From Chlorokybus atmophyticus (lineage: Eukaryota > Plantae > Mesostigma and Chlorokybus algae), in contig RHPI01000772.1 of the NCBI GenBank assembly GCA_009103225.1, forward strand, positions 735,987 to 799,986: a stretch of DNA of 64,000 bases, given 5' to 3'. Positions 16,640-28,050 of this stretch are shown here, in pieces (position 1 is the first letter of the stretch; each line of letters starts with the position of its first letter). The translations under genes and the position numbers were made by a program. Below the pieces are notes generated by a model, which made no database searches, was not told the DNA's origin, and saw only the letters and a program-made list of their open reading frames with translations.

Positions 16640-18900
16640 TCAGCTACAGCCCACCTGTAGTGTTGGAGTTGGCCCTGCAGCTGTTCTGGGCGTTGCACAA
16701 CAACATGCAGACCGCCCCGCGCCAGCCTGCACACATGCCAACCACCACCTTTGAACCCAGCCCGCTGGACACGTATTGGGACTGCCGAGACACCGTCCAG
16801 CAGCGCATCGCCGATGCAGCCGACCTGCCTTTGGGCACTGATGAAGCACTCGGACCTCCTACAACCGCTCGTCTTCATCAGCGCTACCACGCACTGGAAC
16901 AAGCATATCATTGGCGACAGGATCAAGCTGCCGCCATTGCTGCACGTGAACAAGCTCTTGAAGCTACGCGTGCACCAATACCTCAGTCACTAGCTGTTGG
17001 TCCATCCTCCAGCACCACTCCGCTCTTCGTCGAGACCAGCTCTGACCAAGCGAGGGCGTTGGCTCAACAAATCTGGGGGGTGATCGCCCCGTTGCTGCCT
17101 GCGCTGGTGGAGGATCTACCTGAGGACCAAAGGGAGCCAGGGAGGGGCTACCTTACACCACAAGGGTGTACACAAAGAGATGGAGCAGGACTGGTTGGAG
17201 AGCAACAACTACGCACTGCTCTGTTGCGACAAGCAACCATGCTGCATCGGCAAGAAGGCATTGGACTTCGGCAGATGCTTGGGATGCGAGACAATGGCAA
17301 CGCGGCACGCGCACGGTTAGTGACGTGGCTGGTCACCAACCATCCCGCGATCCCGTTGTTCGCTTTCGGCGCCAGAATAGCGTGGGTGGACGCATTCCTT
17401 CGCTCCATACGGCAAGCCTATGATGAAGTGGCTTTCGCCGCCACTGACACTCTGGAGGGAGCTCTGGAGGCTATACTGAGTTTGCCAGGAGTGGAGGCAG
17501 GACGTCAGCGCAGGTGCATCGCCGCTGCTTACGAGCAGCATGTCCAACAGCCAGAGACAAGTCTCACTGTACGCGCACGAGCAATAACAGTGCTGAAAGT
17601 GGGAGTGGTCAACGGCAGATGGGACGCTTACATGGCGGGGATCCTCAGGGTGCCCACCATCACTCACGACATGAGAGCGCGGCTCCTACGCGTAGTGTAC
17701 CTGCAGCCCATGCCTCAGAACCATCGCTGGATAGACGTGAACAACAATGCGACGGCTACATGGGAAGGTACACTAGTCAGAGAGGCAGCCCATGCTGTGC
17801 GATGGACCTATGCAGAGGAGCAGGCTGCACGAGAGGCAGTCCCGCAAACACCAAGTCCTCCAGGGTTCCCGCCACAGCCACTGGCCACTCCTCCTGGCAT
17901 GACAACAGCTGCACAGAGGGTCAACCCTCCTGCACCTCCACTTGGACAGGTTGCAGCAGCACCTCCAGTGCCTAGGCCACCACGCGTGTACCAGCAACCG
18001 CGACAAGGACGGTTTGGACAAAGCCGAGGACAAGGAGGCCCACAAGATCCATCAAGCAGAGGAGCCCTGGCTGCCCTACGGTCAGGCCCCGCAGATGAGA
18101 GTGAAGCAACAGTCTCTCCACGCAAGAAGTTCCGTCGCTTCGAGAGGCTGCGCATCAACGCCAATGCAGCCATGATCGCCAACCAAGACAAGCACGTGAC
18201 CGTCAATGGTCGGGCACCCAAACGCGTGATGCTGGACACTGGAGCACAGCCTGTCATCATTGGGCGCTACCTCGCACGAGATCTCGGCATCACCAGCGCA
18301 AAGCTGCTTCCCTGTCCCTACCAGCTGGACACCGCAACCGACAACCGCGACAAGGTGCTCGGCCTTACCAAGCACACTGTGAGCATCCGCCTCACAGGAC
18401 TAAACCCTTCCCACAGCACCGAGATTGTACAAAGGTGTGTGGTCACCGATGCCGGGTCTTTTGACCTACTGCTGGGACAGGACTTCAACTTCCCTGTTGG
18501 CATGGGGATGGACTGCTGGACTGAGCAGGCATGGTTCCGACCGCATTGGGATGAGGATGATGGAGAGGAGCAGGGATTCCTACCTCTCGAGCTGGTGGCC
18601 AAGGCCCGCTCGCAACGAAGGTCGGCCGCAGCAGCCACCCACAGTCCTACAGAAAGCTCACGCGTGCCTCGTGCCCGAACGCAGCCGAGGACAACTGCAA
18701 CGAGCTCGAGCCCGAGCCTAAATTTTGAAGCGGACTCTCCTACACCGTACAATGAGTCTCATGAGACTGTCACCAAAGAAGTGGCCTTTCAGGAGCCATC
18801 CGAGCGTCGCTGGAGCGCACAAGTAGCAGCACACATGCTACTGACTACTGACAAGGCCTCAGCTCACTGCACACTTCCCTGTCTACAGAGACCAGGCTAC
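16640..18900 (+). CDS. Uncharacterised ~500-aa region followed by retropepsin aspartic protease (~18190-18530)
   Basis: Within ORF 16441-19059. VMLDTGAQPVIIG catalytic motif and SFDLLLGQDF C-terminal motif. Confidence 0.75.
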
Positions 18901-18964
18901 AGTGCAGAAGCAGTACCACATAGCTACTGGAGTTGTGGAGTTCCACATGTTCCGCCGACAACAA

Positions 18965-19930
18965 GGCATCACCGTGCTGGAGCTGTTCGGAGGCATAGGC
19001 AGTGGGCTTGCGGCTGTCCTCAACACAGGAACAACAGTCACCAAGTACCTCTACTGTGACCCTGACCCTCATGCACAGGAGGCTCTGAGCCATCATTTCA
19101 AATGTCGTAAGTTACGACAGCTGCACCAGCACTACCCGCAGCAGTTACCGCTGTCGGCACTGCAAGGGAGCCAGAAGGCTCTGCCGCAGGACATCCGCTG
19201 GATTACCAAGGATCACCTGCAAGACATTGACCTGCTGATAGCAGGATGGGAGTGTCAAGGGCACTCCAGGACAGGCAGAGGCCAAGGGCTTTCTGATCCT
19301 CGCTCACAGCTGTTCTGGGAGCTGATGAGATTTATCAAACTCCTGCAGACTAGTCAGGTCGCTAGGCCCTTGGGGTACATCGTCGAGAATGTGCACTCCG
19401 AGGATGACAAGCGGCATCACGTCGCCAAGGCCTATCGACAAGTATGCTCCTTGCTGGGGCATCCTCTTAAAATCAACGCCGCGCGTCATGGATCTCGCGC
19501 ACACCGCGTCCGCGCCAAGTGGACCAACCTGGCCATTGTGGAGGACCTGTTTCTGGCAGAGTACCAATACAGCAAGCGGCCGCGGAATCTCGTCGTCGAT
19601 GACATTCTGGACCCTGGACGCACAGCGCAACCGGTCACATGCCTTGATCACCACCACTTCTACCAGTGCAACCAGCCTGGTCAGCCGCGCCGCGCACTAC
19701 CCGCACTTGTATCCTATCCAGGCTCCTACGCGTTCCGCAATGGAAGCGACGGCATGGTGTTAGACTCTAACACTGGACAGCTGGAAGAACCCAATGCTCG
19801 TGAGCGCGAGCGTGCTATGGGATTCTCTGCAGGCAGCAACACAGGCTCCACGTTGACAACCCGTCAACAGTGTCAGTTGTTAGGGCGTGCCATGGATCAG
19901 AACAGCATGGTGTGGTACTTGGAATTGTGC
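18965..19930 (+). CDS. C5-cytosine DNA methyltransferase domain (DNMT3-like), in frame with RT
   Basis: Motif I VLELFGGIGSG; II YLYCDPD; III QDIRWI; IV DLLIAGWECQGHS; V DPRSQLFWE; VI YIVENV; VIII SRAHRVRAKWTNL (cf. DNMT3 AAHRARYFWGNL); IX/X ERERAMGF...QLLGRAM. Confidence 0.9.
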
Positions 19931-20099
19931 TTTGCTCTCCAGGACCGCCATGTGTCCTTCCAGGAGCTCGAACACCTGGCTAGGGGGTGGATTGCTCGCT
20001 TTTTAAAGACCAAAGCAGCACACACCGCCCTCGAGACCGCCCACATGGAGGAGCAGGCAGCAGTCACTGTGGAAGACATTCTAGTGGTCGCCAACGCTA

Positions 20100-21530
20100 C
20101 CTCGTGGTCCCACGCCATTGGACCGCTGGCCACAGGTCAGACTCGAGAGCAACTCGAGGCTCTCCTCAACAAGTGGAGGAGCCAATTCAGCTTTAATGTG
20201 AAGGAGCTGGGCATCTGCTCAGCATACCAGATGGACATTAAACTAGTGGACACCGAACCGGTGTTCAGAAGACAGTACCGCCTCTCCAAGCTAGAAGAAG
20301 ACTTGGTGGAACAGAGGTGCAAGGCGCCGCTAGATGCAGGCCTGATCGAGGAGTCCACATCGGACTTTGCGGCCGCGACCGTCATGCCCTTGAAAAAAGA
20401 TTCAGCAGGCAACTGGACAGACCGGCGCATGTGTGGCGACTCTCGCCCCCTCAACAACAAGACCAAGCAGGACAGATATCCAATGCCTACTGCAGAAGGC
20501 ATCTTTGATGATGTAGGAGACTGCACGGTCTTTAGTATCCTGAATATGCGCCAAGGGTACAACCAGATCGCCATCAAGGAGGAGGACAAGCACAAGACTT
20601 CCTTCTGGGGAAACCGGCAGCTGTACCAGTGGAAGGTCATGCCCTTCGGACTGAAGAACGCTCCGGCCAAGTTCGAGCGCGTCATGGACAAAGCCCTCAA
20701 GGGGTTGGACTTCGCACGCTGCTACATTGACGACATCCTCATCTTCAGTCACAGCAATAAGGAGCATCTCCAGCACATCAAAGAGGTGCTGCAGAGGCTG
20801 AAGGAAGTCGGGATGACGGTGCACCCTGACATGTGCACCTTCTTCACCCATAAGGTACCCTACCTAAGACACATGATTGTGCCCCATGGAGTGTACGTAC
20901 AGCAGGCCAAAGTGGAGGCACTGGTGGCTATCCCTGCCCCCACAGACCTCACGCGGCTGCGGGCCTTCCTCGGCCTTGCCAACTATTACCGCCGGTTTGT
21001 CAAGGGTTTTGCCAAGATCGCAAGGCCTCTCAACGAACTACCGAAGAAGGACACCGAGTTCTTGTGGAAGGAGGCACAACAGGAGGCCTTTCAGAAGCTG
21101 AAGCTCCGCCTCACCACCGCTCCCATTCTGCAACGCCCTGACTACACCAGGTCATTCATCCTGCACACAGACTGGAGCAAGCTCGGCATGGGGGCCGTGC
21201 TCGTACAGCACGACAACAACAAGAAGGAGCGCGTAGTGTCGTACGCCAGCCGCAGCAACAACAGTGCTGAGGCCAACTACAGCAGCTACGAAGGGGAGTG
21301 TCTCGCCGCAGTGTGGGCCATCTCCTTCTTCCGACCCTTCCTGTTTGAACGGCAGTTCCAACTGGTCACTGACCATCAACCCCTCAAGTGGCTAATGAAC
21401 AACCAGCACTTGACAGGAAAGTTAGCACGATGGGCGCTGCTGCTCCAGGAGTACGACTTCGAGGTGGAACACCGCGCAGGCCTTGCCAACCAGGATGCGG
21501 ATGGCCTCAGCCGTAACCCCCACCTCAGCA
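20100..21530 (+). CDS. Reverse transcriptase and RNase H (Ty3/gypsy type)
   Basis: RMCGDSRPLN, VMPFGLKNAP, YIDDILIF, LRAFLGLANYYRRFV, LHTDWSKLGMGAVL, YEGECLA, VTDHQPL, NQDADGLSR. Confidence 0.97.
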
Positions 21531-21799
21531 CCAACGACGCCACAGGCGCCGGACATGAGTTGGGTCCTACAGCTGCACCTTCAGGTGTGGCCACCATGTT
21601 CGCTGTCGCTGCGCTACGCTCAGGACTCAGATCGCTGAGGCAGCAGCAGACGGGGACATGCCCGCTCTTGAGCCCGCCATCACTACCACAGATCCTTTAT
21701 CAGAAGAAGCGATTGCTGCCGACCCTGAGGTGGATGATGAGGAGCTGGCACCCACCGACACACGACAGGACATCAAGCTGGACGAGCCATCCCTCGCAC

Positions 21800-23000
21800 T
21801 GCTTCAGACTGGACAACTTCCATCAGGCATGAGCGCACGCGAGAAAGACCGCGTCCGGCAAAGCACTCAGCGTTACCGCTGGGCCAACGACAGGCTGTAT
21901 CAACGGATACAAGATGCAGATCAGGAGGTCCCCACACTAGCTGCACGTGAAGGCATCATCTCCTCCCTTCACACCGAGCTCGGGCACTTCGGTGTCAAGC
22001 GCACGGTCAGCCTGGTCAGGACCCAGTACTGGTGGTATGGGGTGCACAGACAGGTGCGGGAGTTCGTCAGCAACTGTTAGCAGTGTGACATGGTTCGCGC
22101 CAGCCTCAACACGCGCAACGCCACCTTGCATCCCCTTCCCATTTTCGGGTTGTTCTACCGCTGGGGACTGGACATCCTCGGAGACCTAGCGCCCTCAGCG
22201 CGAGGCAACCGCTACATCCTCGTCATGATCGAGCACTTCTCCAAGTGGGTGGAGCTGGTGCCCCTGCCCGACAAGAGCAGTGAGGGAGTAGCCCAGGCTT
22301 TCCTCTCCCATGTACTCGGACGCTTCGGCAGCTGCGCTGAAGTCATCACCGACCAGGGTACGGAGTTCAGAGGAGCCTTCGACAAGCTTATCGACAGATG
22401 CTTCATCGACCACCGTCGCACCTCACGCGACCACCCGCAGGCCGACGGCCTCGCCGAGCGTACCGTGCAGACCATCAAAAAGGCACTGCGCAAGTACGTC
22501 CTCACCTACGAGAAGAATACCTAGGATGATCACCTCCCATGGGTAGCAATGGGCTACCGGCTGTCCAAGCAGGCAGCTCTGCGAGAGTACAGCCCATACT
22601 ATCTACTATTCGAAAGGCAGCCATTGCTCCCTTTCCACGCACAGCAGGAGGTCGACAGAGTGGTGGACAATCTTGACAACCCCGACGAGATGTTGTATGA
22701 TCTGACAGTGCGCAGTGCGCTGTTCGAACACACAGTCCCCATGGCCTTCAACAACCTGCGCATCGCGCAGCACCGCGACACGCTGCGTTACGAGCGTGTG
22801 CGCAGTGGTTTCTACAAGGAGCGGGAGCGCCGCTTCGAGTCAGGAGACTTCGTCTACCGTATGGCATCTACACGCGACACCCTCGATACCTCCGTCGGGC
22901 GTGCTGTCTACAAGGTATTGAAGGTGCACCCCACAGGGGTACTGGACCTGCTGGGACAACGAGGCGAGCGCATGAAGGACAGCATGGTCAACTGCGCCCT
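21800..23000 (+). pseudogene. DDE integrase with HHCC zinc finger, interrupted by TAG stops at 22078-22080 and 22522-22524
   Basis: LHTELGHFG...C*QC; WGLDILG; ITDQGTEF; HPQADGLAERTVQTIK. Confidence 0.93.
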
Positions 23001-23065
23001 GTCATCTCCCCTACATTGCTGGCTTCACCAAGATCCAGCACCCGCGTCCGCTGCGCAGCACCCGA

Positions 23066-23200
23066 TGCGAGAAGTGTGGCAGCGCCGACGACGACCCATT
23101 GATGATGTTATGCGACGGCTGTAATCAAGGCATGCACTGCTACTGCCTTGACCCTCCACTGGACGCAGTACCCTTGTGGGAGTACTGGTGCGATGACTGC
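23066..23200 (+). CDS. PHD finger at the integrase C-terminus (reached after a frameshift near 22990)
   Basis: CEKCGSADDDPLMMLCDGCNQGMHCYCLDPPLDAVPLWEYWCDDC is a canonical C4HC3 pattern; stop at 23228-23230. Confidence 0.9.
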
Positions 23201-23282
23201 CGCATCAACGGTCCCCCACACAGTCGGTAGGAACTGAGTTCTGGANATCGAGTTCTGGAGCAGAGAGCTACCCCAGAATCTC

Positions 23283-23291
23283 AGGGGGGGG
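23283..23291 (+). promoter_or_regulatory. Polypurine tract
   Basis: AGGGGGGGG immediately before repeat segment A1. Confidence 0.8.
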
Positions 23292-23530
23292 TGGCTTGTT
23301 GATTGTGTGCACTACGACACAGTCTGTACACAAAGGTGGCGAGCGGCATCGGCTCGTCCACTGCACTGAACACCGCGTAGGCTCATCTTCAAGCCTATGC
23401 CTCCAATTGGGGGGTTGTCTTTTGCTTGCATGACTCCGATGCAATGCACGGCACTAGCATGCGTGCAGCACTAGCACTCCTCCGCAGCCTGTCCGAGACA
23501 AGGTTGCCCTCGACCATGGCAGGCACGACA
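23291..23530 (+). repeat. LTR segment A1 (240 bp)
   Basis: Direct repeat of 24182-24421; ends GGCACGACA, followed by GC and then segment B2. Confidence 0.95.
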
Positions 23531-23532
23531 GC

Positions 23533-24191
23533 TGTCATGCCATCTACCCTCGCATGCCAGTCCTTCTCGAGCATGCCTACACCCAGCCCCACGCCCGGGC
23601 TACCAGCATGAAGACCGCGCGAGCCCCAGCCTACTGCTAGCTATTGTACCTCCCATGTAGCATGTAGCTAGGGCTACTTTATAGACATGTCTGTAGGGAC
23701 CGCGCGTAGCTGATCAGTTGTAAGTCTGTTAATAACACATGTGCTATACCGAGTCTTAGGGGATTTCCAAAATAGCATGAGGCCTCAATGTGACCGTTGG
23801 CCTAGTGCCCGCGTGGCAATGCACAGTCCTAGTTTGACATGTATAAATAGGAAGTCACGTCACCAGACTGGCTGGTGACACTGTAAGTGAGTACTGTGAG
23901 TACTAGGAGTACTAAGAAGTAAAGACTCTGTTTCTAAAGAGCTTGTGAAGCGACTTGAACTGGAAGCACGCTGTCCCGGTTGCCAAGAATTCCCTTACTA
24001 CGTGAGACACAGTGCCTGCTCTTGTGCGCTGTGCCTGTCATTGCTGTGAGCTTGGCGGTGGTGTGTTGTCTCAGCAGTCAGGGTGTTGTATCCATGTGTT
24101 GCACACTCATTCACCTCACTTAACAGTGTATCATATTATCCACTCATGCAAAGAACTGTGTCCACAGCACTACCTATCGTAGTGGCTTGTT
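23533..24191 (+). repeat. LTR segment B2 (659 bp)
   Basis: Copy of 13666-14324. Confidence 0.95.
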
Positions 24192-24421
24192 GACTGTGTG
24201 CACTACGACACAGTCTGTACACAAAGGTGGCGAGCGGCATCGGCTCGTCCACTGCACTGAACACCGCGTAGGCTCATCTTCAAGCCTATGCCCACGATTG
24301 GGGGGTTGTCTTTTGCTTGCATGACTCCGATGCAATGCACGGCACTAGCATGCGTGCAGCACTAGCACTCCTCCGCAGCCTGTCCGAGACAAGGTTGCCC
24401 TCGACCATGGCAGGCACGACA
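24182..24421 (+). repeat. LTR segment A2 (240 bp; shares 10 nt GTGGCTTGTT with the end of B2)
   Basis: Copy of 23291-23530; followed by the TSD. Confidence 0.95.
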
Positions 24422-25271
24422 GTTCACATAGGTCAGGTTGGAACCTCTGCAACGATGACGTTGATTACTTGTTTCAGCGTCAGTGACATGAGACGTGGTG
24501 AGAGTATCAAGCGCCATAGACAAGTTCTTATGGCGCTTAAACGGAGTCACACGTGCACTTGTTTAGATACACGCAGTGAATGGAATTCTGATGTAACCAC
24601 GAAGCAGTCACGTACTTGTTGGCACTGTCATGGCACTGGCGCTGATGTCATCGATGAGATTATGATCATTTGAGATTTCAACAGGGTGCAGATGCTTGCA
24701 GCGACGGTGGTAGGGGGGTTGTTTGCTGCAAGGGCCACGTTCTAGCAATTGGCATAAAGGCACCAATGGTAGGATTGAAGTTGTGTTGTGCCATTGCAGC
24801 CCGACCCCAAATGGCAACAAGTAGATAAGCATGCATCCAATTAAAACCCCGCATGAATCCGTGCACTGTACGCTGTGCGATCATCAGAGAACAACATGCA
24901 CTCAAATTAAATTGACGGTGACATTGCGCATTGTTGGGCTCTCAAGCTGTGGAGCAGTTTTATATTCGATCGATGACACAAGTACAGCAGTACATCATGC
25001 CATGCATGCAAAGACTCACCAAATCCAACCAGCTATACTTAAGCAGGTCATCTTGCTGTTGGCGTGTTAAAGCATTGAAGGCGTCTTTGTGGATACCGCA
25101 ACTAAGGTGGGACCTGAAGTTCTGCGGTCCCACTCTGGCGATCCAGCCTTTGTGTATGCCTATGAGGTTGCAGCCGTATGCGGACGAAGTATTCTTGAAG
25201 GTGGCTCCACGCTGAGAACCCGCCATGGAAACTGTATATGTTAGCCGTAATGCAGCAGCGGAACGTGGCTG

Positions 25272-25795
25272 TCACAGCCCACTTGACCACAAAAGACTTC
25301 ATGCTTTTATGATCGATTTGTGGTAATTTAATGTACCTTCCCGTTACATTCCCCCCCACTTACGAACGCTGACGTCCTCGGCATCTCCCATCAGCTGGGT
25401 AATCATCCTAGGGGTCTGATTAGGGTCGGTCACCGGCCCCACCACCCAAGGACCGACCAATCTAGGCCCATACCGGTCAACGCGCGCATAGCGCGCCGCT
25501 GCCGGCCCCACAGGTCGTATCGCGACCGCCAGGTTGCGTCCTGCCGCGCCGACTGAACTGGTCAGTCCGACGCGACTACCATTAAGCAAGTCGCGACCTA
25601 TCGATGATGGCACTTATGAAGTGACCAATTACGATGTTATTGGATCGAGAAACGACGACTGCGGAATTCATGTGCACTGCAGGAATTGAACCCGGGTCTC
25701 AAGCTCCGATGACCAATATCACAGCCCACTAGACCACAAAAGACTTGATGCTTTTATGGTCAATTTGTGGTAGTTTAATGTACCTTCCCGTTACA
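25272..25795 (-). mobile_element. Candidate miniature LTR-like (TRIM-like) unit with tRNA-like A/B boxes
   Basis: 77-bp direct repeats 25272-25348 and 25719-25795 start TGTAAC on the minus strand. A G7 purine tract (25349-25360) precedes the left copy. A box GTGGTCTAGTGG (25737-25726) and B box GGTTCAATTCC (25692-25682). Confidence 0.45.
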
Positions 25796-26498
25796 GTGGC
25801 GGCTAGTTGTAATCTTGTCGTCGCTGCCGTCGAGAATGCTTGCATCCATTTTTGGGTCGTAATCATTGTCAACCGTATCGCTCGGGCGCGTATGATATCG
25901 CATTATACGCAAGCGAAACCACGCACGATCGCAATCTTATGGAATAGGAAATCACAACGTGTCATGTAACGTTCAACGACATCGCGCGACATATGACCAT
26001 AGCAAGCCATATAATACCATATGTGAAATCCATCGATATGCTGTTGAGCATATCGCACCATATGATTCCGTATGCTAGCACATCAAATGCTATTCTATCA
26101 AGTGACGCCATATGATTTGCTACAATGTCACACAACGTCCCGTCTGTTGTCGTTGCCGTGCGCAACTAAAGATGCTGTTGGGCTTTTACCCCGTATTGTT
26201 CAACACCATTTCTACCTTCTCAATGCTGTGATGCATTGTCACGGACGTTTCTATCACGTGATGCGTTCACATTAACAAAAAGCTATGTTATGCGCGTATG
26301 TGATACAATATACGGCGATATTCTGCCATGTTTTCGTACATGATCGGAATGTCGACAAGGGCGACGTGTCCGCTGGAGAATAATGCTCACAACACACGAT
26401 ATGCGCGTATATGCTGCCATACGTTCATATCGCTCCATGTCGTAGCACAGTTGCGGAAACGGGAAGTCACGGCGTTTGCGACGTCGCGCGACATTGCA

Positions 26499-28050
26499 CT
26501 ATAAAACGTCTGTCTCTATGTTGAATGGGCATGGCTCGAGGTCGTTGTTGCTTAGCTGCAATGCCCCCATCGCGGTCCTCCCTAACATGACTGGCTGCGC
26601 ACTCGTGTCTAGCAACACCGAGCGCGATACATACCCTCCAATGCTGATGTGTCCTTCCTTGTTGTTTACCATCGCCACACGCGCGCACCGCTGGCCTCGT
26701 GAGAACCAAGGTGTCATTGCTGCGCTCAGCTGTTTGCACCATCTCCATTTTCTCCTCTACCTCGTGCTGCTGCTTCGATGTTGTTATGGTCTTCACATGA
26801 CACACCTGCAACTTTCTCCTCAACTCCAACCACCTCTGTGCTGGTCCCAACCAGCTCCTCGTGCGTGTTGCAGTCACCCCCTTGCCGGGCAAGTGCTCGC
26901 CAACCGCGTCAGCTACACGCCGTGTTTGCCACACCGCGTATGCTTCGTACTCGAATGGCATGCCTTGCATCCGCGTCTGCAGCTGCTCCAAGGCCGCCTT
27001 CAACTCCTTCACTTCGTTGCGCAACACCGCGATTTCCGCCAAAGCCTCGTTGCTGGTCATGACTGCCTCCGTCGTCAGTGTCGTGTTCGCGGCACTCCCT
27101 CGCGCCATCTTCAACTGCTGCGTCCGCATCCGCCCCGCTCATGCTCGTCCCACACTCGGACTCAGCTACGGAAGCTTGCTCCAACACTCATCCATCATGT
27201 GGCCAGTCTTCCCGCAATCTCCACACCGATCCGCTTGAGCCTCCCTTGAGCTGCTGCCCCTCCTTGGACAATCGCGTTGGATGTGGTCGGCTGCACCGCA
27301 CGCGTAGCAGCTCCACCCCGTCGGTATCGTAATCGCCGTCGCCACCCTCGCCGTTGTCGTCATTGGCTGCTTCGCCTCCTTGGTGCTAGTCTCTCCCCTG
27401 TTGAGAGCCAAGATAGTCCTCTTGTACTCCACCGCATGCTGCACCGCTTCCGCCATCTCAAACGCATGCTGCAACAGTACTCCTTCAACAATCCTTGTCC
27501 CGCCATAGCAATCTTCACCTCCTTTAATAGGTGTTGCTCTAGCTGCTCCACATAGATGATCGCGGCTGCCTTGTCCTTCAAGATCGAGTACTTCGTGTCC
27601 TTCAATCGATACATTCTTCCGTTCATCATCCTTGGTGTCTCACCCTCTCTCCTCCGCAATAGAGTCAGCTCCTTAATCTTTTCAGCTGTCATGGGCTTGA
27701 ATGCTTCCTTCAACCTCTTGTAAAGCTCCTCTACGGCTGATGTTGTCGATGCCGGCGCTCCTCCCAACCTCAAGGCTCGTTCCTCCACCGTGCCAGCTGC
27801 TGCAAGCTCCCTCTCCGTGACGATCTTCTTGTAGACGGTGTATGCCTCGTACTTCAAGTATCGTGGGATCAATCGGAATGTCTTCTCCTCCGTCCACGAT
27901 CGGTCTCGCATCTCCTATTGCAAACACTCAGCCTTGAACTTCACAATAAACTCCCTCAATGACCATGTTCCTGACCTTTCATTTAATGACAATGATGTGC
28001 TGGTGCTGCTAGTGTCATCCTCCACGAGACTGAACACTCCAGCCATGCTA
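26499..28050 (-). pseudogene. Truncated gag-protease of a divergent relative of the DNMT-carrying Ty3 element
   Basis: SGTWSLREFIVKFK...WTEEKTFRLIPRYL aligns with AGTTSLDEFIIKFH...WSDEISFHIAAQYL. Knuckles CYACGAADHIQRDC and CGDCGKTGHMMDEC. Protease VLLDTSAQPVMLG...LEPCPFNIET vs VMLDTGAQPVIIG...LLPCPYQLDT. Confidence 0.8.

Larger units (their letters stand above)
13666..24421 (+). mobile_element. Ty3/gypsy-type retrotransposon with DNMT and PHD domains and split (permuted) LTRs; 4-bp TSD GTTC
   Basis: Starts TGTCATGCC and ends GGCACGACA (8/9 inverted repeat). GTTC at 13662-13665 and 24422-24425. Domain order gag-PR-(DNMT)-RT-RH-INT-(PHD). Several stops and frameshifts. Confidence 0.95.
12208..25230 (-). 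pseudogene. Putative multi-exon coiled-coil gene (exon fragments 12208-13498 and possibly 24430-25230) interrupted by the Ty3 element
   Basis: Minus-strand protein-like fragments rich in E/Q/K/L heptads (LRQQLAEAQRRAIGLQQQNEG; LLKMISELNGLRARHAAAEQRF). Further protein-like fragments lie on the far side of the GTTC TSD. Joining them is inference. Confidence 0.35.

Noticed and set aside
15943-18752. Antisense ORFs of 130-150 aa over the Ty3 gag/pol region
   Set aside because: Expected shadows of GC-rich coding sequence; no recognisable motifs
14315-23300. Internal region as an independent insertion into a solo LTR, with GTGGCTTGTT as a 10-bp TSD
   Set aside because: The internal region has no termini of its own, and its priming site and PPT pair functionally with the flanking B and A segments. 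Not fully excluded without other copies.
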